Origin: Marsupella aquatica
Taxonomy: Eukaryota > Plantae > Marchantiophyta
Assembly (NCBI GenBank): GCA_973895155.1
Contig: OZ316892.1
Location: 19,541,869-19,605,868 of the forward strand
Reading direction: 5' to 3'
DNA length: 64,000 bases
Shown: in pieces, positions 11,901 through 23,485 of the stretch
How the letters are laid out: every line of letters begins with the position of its first letter
How positions within the stretch are numbered: position 1 is the stretch's first letter
Program-made: the position numbers and the translations under genes
The notes under the pieces: generated by a model
Seen by the model: only the letters and a program-made list of their open reading frames with translations
Told to the model about the DNA's origin: nothing
Database searches by the model: none

Positions 11901-13690
11901 AGAAAATACTTATTGTTGAACTTGAAGGTCTTATATCCGACTAAAGTGGAAAAATTATTGTATTGTTCTTGGATATGACTTCAGTCAGTGAGCCTGATGG
12001 ACTCATTCATGAGAGTTGCTAATGGCAATACCAAAGAAAACCTTGAAACATGTGGTGTGCTAGCTGGATCGCTTGTAAGTGCTTCTGTCTCGCATCTCTC
12101 ATCATTGTTCTTGGCATCCTCTGTTTATCTGAGCTTTGATCTTGATAAGGTATAAAATCATTTTTTATACGTAATGGACGAAAGAGGATTACTTGCGCGG
12201 AACTGAATGAAGTTTCTGTTTAACAGTCTCCTCACTTTGTTGCTCTTAACAGAAGGAGGGTGTCTTTTATGTGACAACTCTCATTATTCCAAAGCAAGAG
12301 GCGACAGCAAACTCAGTATGGACAGACCCTTTTTTGGTTTAATTGAAAACTTTACTGGCTTCTTTTGATGATACTGTCCTTTGTTTTGTTCTTGCTGGTA
12401 GTTATGGGAGCCGCTTCTCATCGTAAATGGATTATTTACCCCAGTGAAAGTTATGGAGCTTCTATCCGCTTGTATATTTGTATAATGGCTTTCTGCGTGT
12501 ATTGGTGATGTAGTGCTCGACCCTCAATGAGGAGGATATCTTTGAGTTTCAAGATAAACATGATCTTTTTCAGTTTGGCTGGATTCATGTAAGTCGCGAT
12601 CTACCACTCTTGCAGAACAGCAGCCAATGACTTTCATGAAAGCTACTAAAGCACATAATCTTGAACTGTTTCTCTTGGATGGGAAATCCTAGCTGGTGAG
12701 ATATAACCGAAATTGATGTGGTTTGCAGACACATCCATCTCAAAAGTGTTTTATGTCATCTATCGATCTCCACACGCACTACTCCTATCAGGTGGGCAAA
12801 CATGGATATTGTCAGTGCATTCCATCCAGAACAAATTGCATGTCAAAACTACATTATAGCTCTTTGGATTTTGTTTTGAGCGAGTCTTTAAGCAAAGATG
12901 GCTTAACTGAAGGATTCATGCGTGAATTATTGTTAGCTGTGGCAACAACCTGGTTAGCTGAGCCTTACGACGCTATCGATTCCTTAACTCGTTTCCAATC
13001 ACTCAATGCCATATTGTCATCAGCTGCACTAGGTCACAGTGTAATATCTTCTGGGAGTATTTTCTCACTAAAGATCATTTATTTAATGAGAATTTCCTAA
13101 TCGTACTAGGGCTAGCAGTTCTGAGATTTGAACGATTGTTTGTTTCTGTGATAGGTGATGCTACCGGAAGCAGTAGCAATCGTTATGGCGCCCACAGACT
13201 CTAGTCGGTATGAGAATCCGATGAACCATTGCGGCCTGATGTGATGATTATAGCACCCTTAGTCAATTTTTGGAACTCTAATTCATGCAATATTATGTGC
13301 ACCATTCAAAGGCCTCACTGCCAAGAAAACTAGATGTCACTGCTAAAAAAATATGAAGGTTGCACTTTTCGCGAATGGTCACTTGTATTAGCATTTTTTT
13401 TGCTGATTATGCATTGTTTCCTCATTTTCTCCTAACCTCAAAGTGATCAATTTGGTTAATAGTTGTGGAAAGATCGAAGGTAGCATTAAGTTCTTGGATT
13501 GTGTTGTGTTTACAGGAAGTTTGGGATTTTCCGGCTAGCTGAGCCCAATGGCATTAAGGTTATACAAGCATGTGACCAGCGTGGATTTCATCCTCATAGC
13601 GAGCCTGAGGGTGGGGGCTCAATTTATGAACAATGTGGTCATGTTCAATTGGATCCAAAACTTAAATGTGATGTTGTTGATCTTCGTTAG
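8986..13690 (+). CDS. AMSH: AMSH-like ubiquitin thioesterase (USP8-dimerisation/MIT-like N-domain plus JAMM/MPN+), AMSH1/AMSH3 type, 14 exons
   Basis: Exons, all GT-AG: 8986-9096, 9342-9406, 9542-9617, 9806-9976, 10225-10610, 10926-11025, 11238-11284, 11403-11733, 11985-12074, 12253-12315, 12514-12588, 12729-12791, 13155-13207, 13516-13690. Motifs include [89 protein letters not shown] and GFHPH. Confidence 0.95.
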
Positions 13691-14551
13691 CGTCTGAATC
13701 ATGAATAATTCAATTGAAATGTAGTGATAGTATATTATTCGAGAAATCCAATTCTTTGTAGTGATTTTAGGGAGGTCTCCATCTGGTCAATTTGTTCCAT
13801 GGGAAGCAGGCATCTCAGGAATAAAAGCCCTTTTCTAGGATATGTGATCTTTGCAGCATAATATTCTGCATCTTGTTGTATCTCAAGTCATCAGCTCTGT
13901 TTATTACGAACTGTCTCGAAAGAGATGAGATTGACAGCTTCTTCCACAAGGAATATAAGGAAGTGTGAATTAAACCGGGGATGACCCTGCCGTGGAGTAC
14001 TTGGCATCAAGCATATCTTGGGTTGTACAACATCCAGCCTTCAAAACGACCTCGTTTCACAATACTCTATTCAGGTGATTCTGGGTGCAATTCTTGTTGG
14101 TTTGCTCTGTTCCTTGATACCTGTCGGTCAAGATAAGTGTGAGGTGTGGATCTTTTGTTCGTTCTTTGCCCGCGCTCTCGTTTTTCGTCAAGAGTAAGAG
14201 AGCTGACACAGTCAGCTGGTGAAGAACTTTTCATTTAATGACAGCACCAACGGACAATCCATAGGGAAAGATCTGATTGACAAGAGCAAACTTGCCCCGT
14301 AGTTCTTGTTGCCACGCAGTGGAGCTGCAAATACTGCAGAGTAGTGTGCACAGGGGGAAGAATATGCAAAGGTAAAATATTTTCTACTTACGCGTCTACA
14401 AGTTTTAGCATCTTACAGTTCTGGCCCTCATGATAAATCTAGGTTTCTCTCCCAAAATGCAAGGCTCAAAAAGACAAAGGACGAGACAAGATTCGTCAGG
14501 TTGTTTGACACAAATCAAAATTGCCTCAAATAGTATCTCAGATACAAAGGT

Positions 14552-17052
14552 CACGGAGAAAGGCTCCAAATTCTTTCCTGAGATTCCAAGTATCCCAAGA
14601 AAAGACTTTAGAATACCCAAAGAGAGCACCCTGAACCAAGAGGGACCCAAGAGGGACGATATCAGAAAAGCAAACCTACCACTAATGCAACCCTAGGAAG
14701 AAGGGAGAGCGGCTCATAGGGAGACGACAGTGCAGTCTGAAAAACTCAAAAAGCTTCTCAGGAATCACAATAGACAAAGAAAAGGGACAGGAAAAATGAT
14801 CCAAACAGAGCACAGATATGCCAAGAAAAACACAAAAAACTCAAATTTTGCATGACTAGTATTTCCAGATAGCCTTCACAATCAGTCCCCACTTCTACTC
14901 TCGATAGTTTACCAAGAGATTTCTATAATAATTATTCCTTGGGCACAAGTAATCATCCTGGTTTTCTAAAGCTTGGACCTTTAAAACTAAGCATGAAGAA
15001 GGCCACGGTAGCCAGTATGCTAGATCCCCTAGAGTAATTATTGGTAATTCAACTTTATCACGAGCGTGTCCTTGGGCCCAATAGAGTAATGGTAATTGGA
15101 CTTGATCAGCTACATGTCCTGACTTGGGTCCCAAAGAGTAATGGTAATTCCCTGGGTAATTCAATTTAATTGGCCTTATGGTAATTTCAACTTGATAAGC
15201 TACTGTAGGTGACCAAGTCCCATAAAGCAATAAAAAGGACTTGGGATGGACTTAAGCAAGAGGGATTACTAGCTAATGACTTGGCTCAGCCAAGCATAAA
15301 AAGACGGTCTTTAGTATTCACATAAGTAAAAGGGATGGACTGGCCAATGATTTGGCTAGGCCAAATATACAAGTAGGGTCTTTGGAATGCAAGATAAATT
15401 GGGAAGATAATAAGTAAAACAAAAGAAAAGTCAATAATGCATTCTTCAAACAGGAGTACGTCAGTTTGAACTACATTGCAAATTGGGTCATTGAGGCAGG
15501 CCTTACAACTGCCCTTGGAGGCTTCATGGCTCTCCAAAGCCTGACATCCACCCTGCCATGCCAACGCCCGGTGACCCTGCCAGTGACTGCCCACAAGAAA
15601 AATGTTGAATGTATAGACATCCAACTCTCTAAGAAGCTGTCACATTTTTTACATGTGGGAGGGCACTTGTCAGGCCTACAAGGCTTCAACGACCCATTTG
15701 CAATGGCGGAGGACGAGAGGCCCAACACAGGGCACTGTCTTCTGACTGGGGTAACACAGGGCCAACCTTGGGTTACCTCCTGAGGTTAGCAAAACCACAT
15801 AAATGAAATGGGGGTGCACTTGACAATTAATTTACTTTTGGGGAGTAGTTAGTAAATCTGGTCAGTTTGGGGGACATGACAGGTTAGAAAAGCTGTAGCC
15901 AGTTATCCCTCTTGCTGAAATCCATCCCAGGTCCCTTCCTAATGCATAGTAATGGGACTTGGTCACCTAGCTCACCAAACTCTGGGCTAAACTCCCTGCA
16001 TTGCACATGTCCAAATAATGATTTACTTAACTGATGATCAAGTTGAATTACCATGTGCCTCATGACCCCCAAGCACATATATGCTCTTGCTACCGCGGTC
16101 TTCTTTATGCTTGGTTCTAAAGGTCCAAGGTTTCAGAAAACTCAAATGATTATTGGGATAATTATTTGTGCCTAACTTGGAAGGAATAAATATCAATAGG
16201 AATCTCTTGATAAACCATCTATATTAGACATATATTGGGACTCATTGTCAAGTCTTTGGCTATCTGCAAATATTTGTTCTCCAGTAGGACTTCATAATCC
16301 CCAAGAAGAAGGAATACCGTCAGGGCATGCTATTTGACATATTGATTATAACTCCCAATCCAGTAATGTATATCCTTAAATTAGAATAGGTAGACCTGGA
16401 TGCCTAGAGCCTTTCCCATGGCTACTGCAATCAGAGATTGTGCCCATTCAAGAAGACTTACCTTCTTGTTGGATAAAAATGGAACTAGCTGACCACATTG
16501 GTTATTTTCTTTTGCCCTTTGTGTTTTGAGAAGATGAAAATCCCATTACCAAGCATGGAACAAGAAGGTACACATTTCAATTCAGGGCAGGAAGAGAAAA
16601 ATCTTCTTATTTCCTGTTGAGGTCTTGGGTACCTCCCTTTTCTTCTCGTTCAAGCTTCAGAAAGATTGGTTCGTTGGGATTTCTCTTGGCATATATATCT
16701 GTGCTGCTTCGGAAAGATTGGTTCGTTGGGATTTCTCTTGGCATATCTGTGCTCTGTTTGGATTGTTTTTCCTGACACTTTTCTTTGTCTATTGAATTTC
16801 CTGAGAAGCTTCTCAAGTTTCTCAGTCACTGCACTGTCTTCCCCCCATGGTTCGCTGTGTTCTCCCTATGGTTCGCTCCCCTACTTCCTTGGGTTCCATT
16901 GGGCGTAGTTTCCTCTGACTCTGCTTTGCTGTATTTTATTATACCGCCCCCTTCTCCTGGGTTCCTGTTGCTTCAGGGTACTCTATTTCGGTTTCTGCAG
17001 TTTTCTTGGTATACTTGGAATCTAAGAAAAAAAATTGGAGTCTTTCTCCGTG
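14552..17052. repeat. Large diverged inverted repeat (foldback), about 2.5 kb
   Basis: 14552-14830 is the reverse complement of about 16733-17052 (e.g. ccaaacagagcacagatatgccaaga / tcttggcatatctgtgctctgtttgg). 14858-15020 is the reverse complement of about 16081-16275 (e.g. cttggacctttaaaactaagcatgaagaag / tcttctttatgcttggttctaaaggtccaag). Confidence 0.85.
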
Positions 17053-17909
17053 TATGGAAAAAGTAATTAAGAGGGTCTTTCCTTGGAGTTATTTGCTTGA
17101 TCAACCCCCTAAGGTCTATCAACAGTCAAGATTGGAGAAAAGTATTGAGGGGGTTGATTAAATAAACTTTTGTCAGAAGGGGATTAGAAATAGGATAATG
17201 TCCTGGGTAGATAACATTATGGGATATAATGCCCATAACTAGGACATTAATGTACGTAAAAACTTGAGTGACTTTTAGATAACAAACAAGAAAAAGTGAA
17301 TCCCTGAAATAGAAAATTCAGATTAAAAAGTCATCCAAAAAGTGGTTGCTATGGAATTGGCCAAAAATATACATTCTTGAGTTATATTAGATTCTATTCA
17401 TAGATATTTTGTTTGTATCACCATATAAAATTTGGTTATCATCTTGAGATCTTGACTAAATTTAATTTATTTTTTGTGTATGATAAAACTATATTTAATT
17501 TTTACTTGTACTATATTTATGGTGTTTTGTATAATCTCCTCCTAAAAAAAAGGGTGCATTATGGAAAATTAATGCATTCAAATATACAAAGAGAAAAATC
17601 ATGAAAAGCTTTACTAGAACTAAATGTCTGTTAATATTTTAGTGGGGACGTTTTGGTGGGCACGAATATACGCTCGGATATCCGTGGGGACCCCGATGGG
17701 ACCGAAGAACCCTCACTTTGGGGTATACGGAGGCTCTGCATGGGCTTTTTGTTGGCAACGTTACGTTCAAGGGCGGACGAAATATATAACTGCGTACGTT
17801 CCTCTCAATTGCAGTGTTCATTCGTGCATGCGAGTCCTGAGAATTTGATAGCTCGCTGCTTCTGTGCACTGCTCTGACTAGTTTGCAGCTTTTCGCTTTT
17901 CCAACAGCC

Positions 17910-18314
17910 ATGCCCATCTCGCGTTTTGCCCTCTGGGCTTATATCTCTGCGCTCCTCCTCTTTTTCGTGGGGAGTGCAAACTGCACAGTGAGTATCTACT
18001 CTGAACTTTCCACTAGCGACGACGTCAATACATACATCGATTCCCAACTCAATGACAATGGCATGACAGGGGTTTGCAGTCTTTCATCAGCGCCGTGGAC
18101 TGCCATAATGCAGATGGACTGCGGTACTTCGGGCTATTCTGTAACTCTGACGTTTGGTGACAATAATGGTCAAGGTCAAGTACTACTGACTGTGTCTGTC
18201 GCGCATGCAGGCTTCAGCGGCAGTTTCCTAATCAGTAACAACTGCCACAACGGTTGCAATTGCATATACGATGCCGATTATTGTATTTATACCTGGGCAG
18301 GTTCGGCTTGGTAG
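17910..18314 (+). CDS. Small secreted cysteine-rich protein, 134 aa, intronless, unknown family (copy A)
   Basis: Start context is acagccATG. A hydrophobic signal peptide (MPISRFALWAYISALLLFFVGSANC) is followed by six further Cys. A paralogue at 21067-21339 conserves the frame and the motifs SQLxDNGxxxVC, WT and QMxCG. Confidence 0.75.
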   Translation: MPISRFALWAYISALLLFFVGSANCTVSIYSELSTSDDVNTYIDSQLNDNGMTGVCSLSSAPWTAIMQMDCGTSGYSVTLTFGDNNGQGQVLLTVSVAHAGFSGSFLISNNCHNGCNCIYDADYCIYTWAGSAW

Positions 18315-18803
18315 GTGCCACATCAAGATATATGCCAGTATCTCCTCTTTGTGCAAGAGATGCACACAGAGTCGGACAGTTTCGGCTGTGAAACAATCTG
18401 GGAAACAAGTTACCATATGTACATGCTCGATCAGCAGAAGTATTTTACGGGTGAGCTAGCTAGTAAGATATGTTAGACGACAAAGATTGTATTGCTACCT
18501 GGATAGGTTCGGCTTGGTTGGTGCCACATCAAGGTAGATGGTAGTCACAATCTCTTCTTTGTGCGAGAGATGCACAAAGAGTCGGACAGTTTCGGCTGTG
18601 AAATAAACTGAGAAACAAGTTACCATAGATACATGCTCGATCAGCAGATATATTTGCTGATAAGAGATGCACACAGAGTCGGACAGTTTCGGCTGTGAAG
18701 CAAACACTCTGGGAAACGAGTCTTCATATATACATGCTCGATCAGCAGATACATTTTACGGGTGAGCTAGCTACTGTAGTAAGATTTATATGTTAGACGA
18801 CAA
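18290..18803. repeat. Nested tandem duplications of the 3' end and 3' flank of the secreted-protein gene
   Basis: A roughly 206-bp block starting acctgg..aggttcggcttgg occurs at about 18291 and 18497. The inner unit agagatgcacacagagtcggacagtttcggctgtgaa...acatgctcgatcagcaga occurs three times. Confidence 0.88.
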
Positions 18804-19218
18804 ACACAATGATTGATAGTATTGGTTGGATCTGGCTAGATGTGTATAACACTCAAGGTACCAAAGGTTGGCACGCACATGAGACATCTCAACGTAGTTT
18901 TTTATACAGATCCGCAATTCAGGTTTTCATTTTTGGGCAGGACCCAAACTGTTATAGATGGAGATTAATACATGCTGGCATAGATCGATGCGATCGATCG
19001 ATACTCTCGCCTTCACGATAAGCTTGCCAGCCTTTGCTGGGCCTCTTTCATGTCATTGAACAGCGAAACAGGATAATTATGATTTCTTTCAGAAGAGAAA
19101 ATAATACTGACTTGAGTCGTGTTACTCCTTTGGCCAACACTTGCATTCCATTGCAAGTTCCTACCTTCCTACCTTCCAATGAGTTCCTACCTTCCAATGA
19201 GTTCCTGCCTTCCTACCT

Positions 19219-19281
19219 TCCAATTCATGACAAACACAGGAGTAATATATGACTCAGGAGCGCTGTTTGTCATGAATTGGA
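19219..19281. repeat. Perfect 18-bp inverted repeat with a 27-nt loop
   Basis: tccaattcatgacaaaca (19219-19236) pairs with tgtttgtcatgaattgga (19264-19281). Confidence 0.9.
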
Positions 19282-20519
19282 TTGACTTCTAGGTCAAACT
19301 CCTTTTGTATTTATGTTTCTTTCCCCAGATGGATGACAAGGCAGGGGCTAGCTCTTTCCAGAGAAGTCAAATAAATATATTTACAGAATTATTATATTCA
19401 CTTTCAGGAATAATTTCTTTTTGAATTTGATTGATTAAGATGAAATAATTATCCTTTTAGCTACATAAAATAATGACTGTCGACTAGTTATGGTACGAGC
19501 CAACTCTGTAGTCTGTGTTGTTTTGTTCGTGAAATTTTTCTTCTCCTAGGCCCCGCTCAGTTCAATATTTATCTTTCAATTTTGAGGATTCTTTATTACA
19601 GTATCTATCTACTCAGTATAATATACAATCCCGCCTTTTTGTAGTCATATTCTGCTTATAAAATTCACTTTTGGAGGGAACTCATTATGACCCTTGGATT
19701 TAAAGTTTACATTTCCTGCCCATCAGATCTGTGAAAAGAAGAATAAAAGAGGATCTACTAGCTTGAGGCACGGATGGGCTTCCACCCACAAATCTAGACT
19801 CATACACTAACACCCACAAAAAGGTCATTGGGAATTGTGTGAGTTGACATGTGGCTATCATTGGTAGGTGGGCCTGACAGGAAAATTTAAGTAGACCCAC
19901 ATGACATTTGGACACATGATTGCCCCATTCACGTAAAATAAAGACAGAGAACAATACAAATTAAGTTGTGAGTTCAAAAGGGATTACTTATAGGACAGTG
20001 AAAAAGATTTAGTCTATTGAGAGTATCTCAGAAAAATTTATTTTTTCTATTCTCTTTATGACCTATTTTTTCCAAGTTAGATTAACACTCAATCCTAAAT
20101 TCTTTTTGCAATAACCTTATCTACCAAAGACATAATGGCCTCAAGAGTAAAATGGCCCCAACAACAAAATGGCCATATCACCTGATAATTGTTTGTAACA
20201 ATGAAATGGATGTAATGACAATTTAAAACATGACAATTGTCATATTTTAAATCCCACCATACAAAACTATCCCATCTCAAAGCTTTTGTGCAATTGACAA
20301 AGTGGAAAAGGAAGGAACAAACCAGTACCATGGAAGGAGAGAAAAGATTTCTATATCAGCAGAGGGCGACCACATTTTACCACGTGATCGATGCCCCAGC
20401 TACTGCCCCCCTCATGCGTTCCCTCCTACGCTCTCGCTCTCGCCCTCCCTCACAACATTGCTTTTACAATAACACTTTGGGATATATGCTTTGCCCCTGC
20501 CAACATCTTTGCCTGGACT

Positions 20520-20920
20520 GAACAATTTTTCTCATCTTGATATATTTTCTCATTTTGACATCTTTTTGTCTACTCAACATATTTTTCTCATCTTAGATAT
20601 ATTTTTCTCATCTTGACATCTTTTCTCTCCTTGACATCTTTTATTCACCTCGATCTATGTCATTTTTCACGTTGATATATTTTTCTCGCCTTGACATCTT
20701 TCCTCTCCTTTACATCCTTTACAACTTTTCTCTTTTACATCCTTTACAACTTTTCTCCTTTACATCCTTTGCTCACCTCGACATATTTTATCACCTCGAC
20801 ATCTTTTTTTCTCTCTTTGATATCTTTTATCATCTCGATATCTTTTGCTCACCTTGATATCTTTTGTTCTGTTCAACATCATTTCTCTACTCGATATCTT
20901 TTATCACCTTGACATCTTTC
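20520..20920. repeat. Degenerate pyrimidine-rich tandem repeat of about 21 bp
   Basis: Recurring unit resembling tcaccttgacatcttttt. Confidence 0.75.
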
Positions 20921-21044
20921 AACGCACGGGCATTGGACTTGTGTTCATAGTTTTATCCTTGTATTCAATTGTCCCCAAAACTATTTTAATCGCTACCAAC
21001 TTGATCAGTTTGGGGGAGATGTAAATTTAAATTGTTATTGGGGT

Positions 21045-21339
21045 GTAAATCCGTTCCCGTAGTTTTCTACCAAACTGAAGAGATGCAGAATAGTCCGAAG
21101 TACGCACCGCAGTTCATCTGCGTTGTGCTATCACACTCAGTCCACAGCACTCCTGAAATCGTGCACACCGCTATCAGGCCATTGTCATCGAGTTGGGAAA
21201 GGACCAATTGATCCTGCGAGTTGTCGGTCTGGTAATCGTAAGTGTAGATAGTCACTGTGCAGTTGGCAGTCCCCACAGAAAAGAAGAGGAGCGCAGAAAG
21301 TGCAGAGGGCAAAACCCGATATGGCACGGCTGCGGGCAT
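21045..21339 (-). pseudogene. Inverted paralogue (copy B) of the secreted Cys-rich gene, frameshifted and 3'-truncated
   Basis: Aligns with copy A from the signal peptide to QMNCG. A 4-bp insertion at about 21102-21105 shifts the frame, and the homologous TSDYSASLQFG continues in another frame (copy A has TSGYSVTLTFG). Homology stops at about 21045. About 300 bp of upstream sequence (21340-21645) is also homologous to 17624-17909. Confidence 0.75.
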
Positions 21340-23153
21340 GGCTGTTGGAAATTGGAGCTAGCGAAAGCTGCTGACTAGTCAGAGCAGTGCGACACGCCGT
21401 CACGGTGCAGAAGCAGCGAGCGATCAAATTCTCAGGTACAATGGAAGTCATGCAGGAATGAACACTGCAATTGAGACTTGACGTACAGCTCTATGCAGTT
21501 ATTTTTCGTCCGCCCTTGACTGTAACGTTGCCAACAAGAAGCTCATGCAGCGCCGACGTTACCCCAAATTGAGGATTCTTCGTTCCCATGGATATGCGAG
21601 CGGATCTTCGTGCCCACCAAAACGGCTCACATAAATATTAACAGATTTCTCCTCTTCCCCAACGCGACGCATGCCTAATTTGTTCACTTTCCTTCAACTA
21701 TGGTAATATCAAACAAAGAAAGCCGGTCTTCGATCCATGCAGCATCTTGTCTTGTTTTTGCAAATAAAGTCAAGTCAAACATCTCCTGAATATGCGAACG
21801 GATGCACTGAGCCTCGTAAACAACAGAAATCATAAGCTGTGACGCGCAATTTAAATCATAAGTTCTTGACATTAATATGTGACTGTCTCGGCTCTAAACA
21901 CTTGACAGCAGTCTGTCTTTGAGCAATTCAAAATTCACTGTAAAACGACAACTACAACTTCGACCACTAACGTACTTGCGTAAGATCAGACAAGATCGCG
22001 AGTTCCAATTCACTTTAGATAAGAAGACGACAGGCTCACCGAGAATATACAAGTCTATCGTTGGTCTGGTTGGAAGGTCACACTTAAATCCAAATGTTTG
22101 GAAGCCTGAGAAGATGAGACACGGGCAATTCTAAGCTTGACTCAAATACATACCTTCTGTAACTAATCCACACTTTCTACTAATAACCACTACTGTAGGA
22201 AACTAGACAGATTATCAATCCATGACTAGATTATGACAAATTGTGGTAACAATCTAAATTGATCCGGAGCGGGATCTGCAGTCACACAACAATTACCGGT
22301 GACTGTCTGCCACATCCGAACTCATGAAGCCCATGCACTTGATGACAAGTTTGAGTGGAGTGTCTTACGATTCAAAGAAGCGCCGCGAAAATATTCACAA
22401 TTTTAGAGGTATCGATCAAGGACGGTGAAGAGCTAGTTCCAGTTTATTTTTTAAGGTTTTTAATTTTTAACCATAGACTGTGGCTAATGCCAGTACCTCT
22501 AAGGGAGTAGATGCTAGTAATACTCTTTATCAGTCTTTCTGAGATTACATCCTGACCATCAAATATCCCTATATTAATAGAAGACGGGGTCTATAGTCAA
22601 TCCAGAGGGAAAAATTCATTGTTGTGTCACTTTAGGGTGCAAATTTTCTGTCTGGAAATTTTGGCAAATATGCAGATTCATCAGGAGCTCAATCAAGGGG
22701 TCCATTCCGGCTTCTCAAGGACCCCATAATACTTTGTTAGCCTGCCCAGGATTTTATTTGATTCATTGTTCACTTAGTGCACCGGCAGATATAACAGTCA
22801 GTAATGGCAAACGCTGAAGGACAAAATATCCTGGGGTATATACTTGGAAAGCCCAGACCCAAAATTTTATGTTCAAGGCTGCCATGATGGGGAGACGCAT
22901 TTTTTTTGTGGCAAAAAGTTTATAGATTCCACCTCTAAAAAACATTGGCTAGATATTCTGTCATCCATTAGCCTTCCCACCTCTTCATAGAACCCATTAG
23001 CCTAAATGTAATGGTCACCCTTATATCTAGGGAGACTCCACTATCAGAAACTAATCCAAGAAACTTAATAGATAAGAAATATTCCTACCATTCTCTCCTT
23101 CGTACAAGGTGCCATTGACCACCCTGGTGAAATATAAATAACTTCAAAGAACA

Positions 23154-23193
23154 AATAATAATAATAATAATAATACTAGTAGTAGTAGTAGTA
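23154..23193. repeat. Compound (AAT)n(AGT)n microsatellite
   Basis: aataataat...actagtagtagtagtagtag seen directly. Confidence 0.9.
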
Positions 23194-23308
23194 GAGTACC
23201 CAAGAGCCAACGTTACAAATAAACAAACCAAACATTACAAAAATAGTGGGGGGCAAATCGCCACCTTGGCTCCCGTGACAAAGTAAAAGCAGCGCCTCAG
23301 TAGATCTT

Positions 23309-23485
23309 GACTATTGACCTCTACTGTACCCAAGACCCCTAGTAAAACCATGGGCAGCCTCTAACCATGGAAGGCACCCCTAAAAAAAGTGGCTGGTCAC
23401 CACAGTAGGTTATGACTATTGACCTCTACTGTACCCAAGACCCCTGGTAACCATGGGCAGCCTCTAAACCATGGACAGCACCCGC
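23309..23485. repeat. Direct duplication with about 105 bp spacing
   Basis: tgactattgacctctactgtacccaagacccct...aaccatgggcagcctcta..ccatgga occurs twice. Confidence 0.85.
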
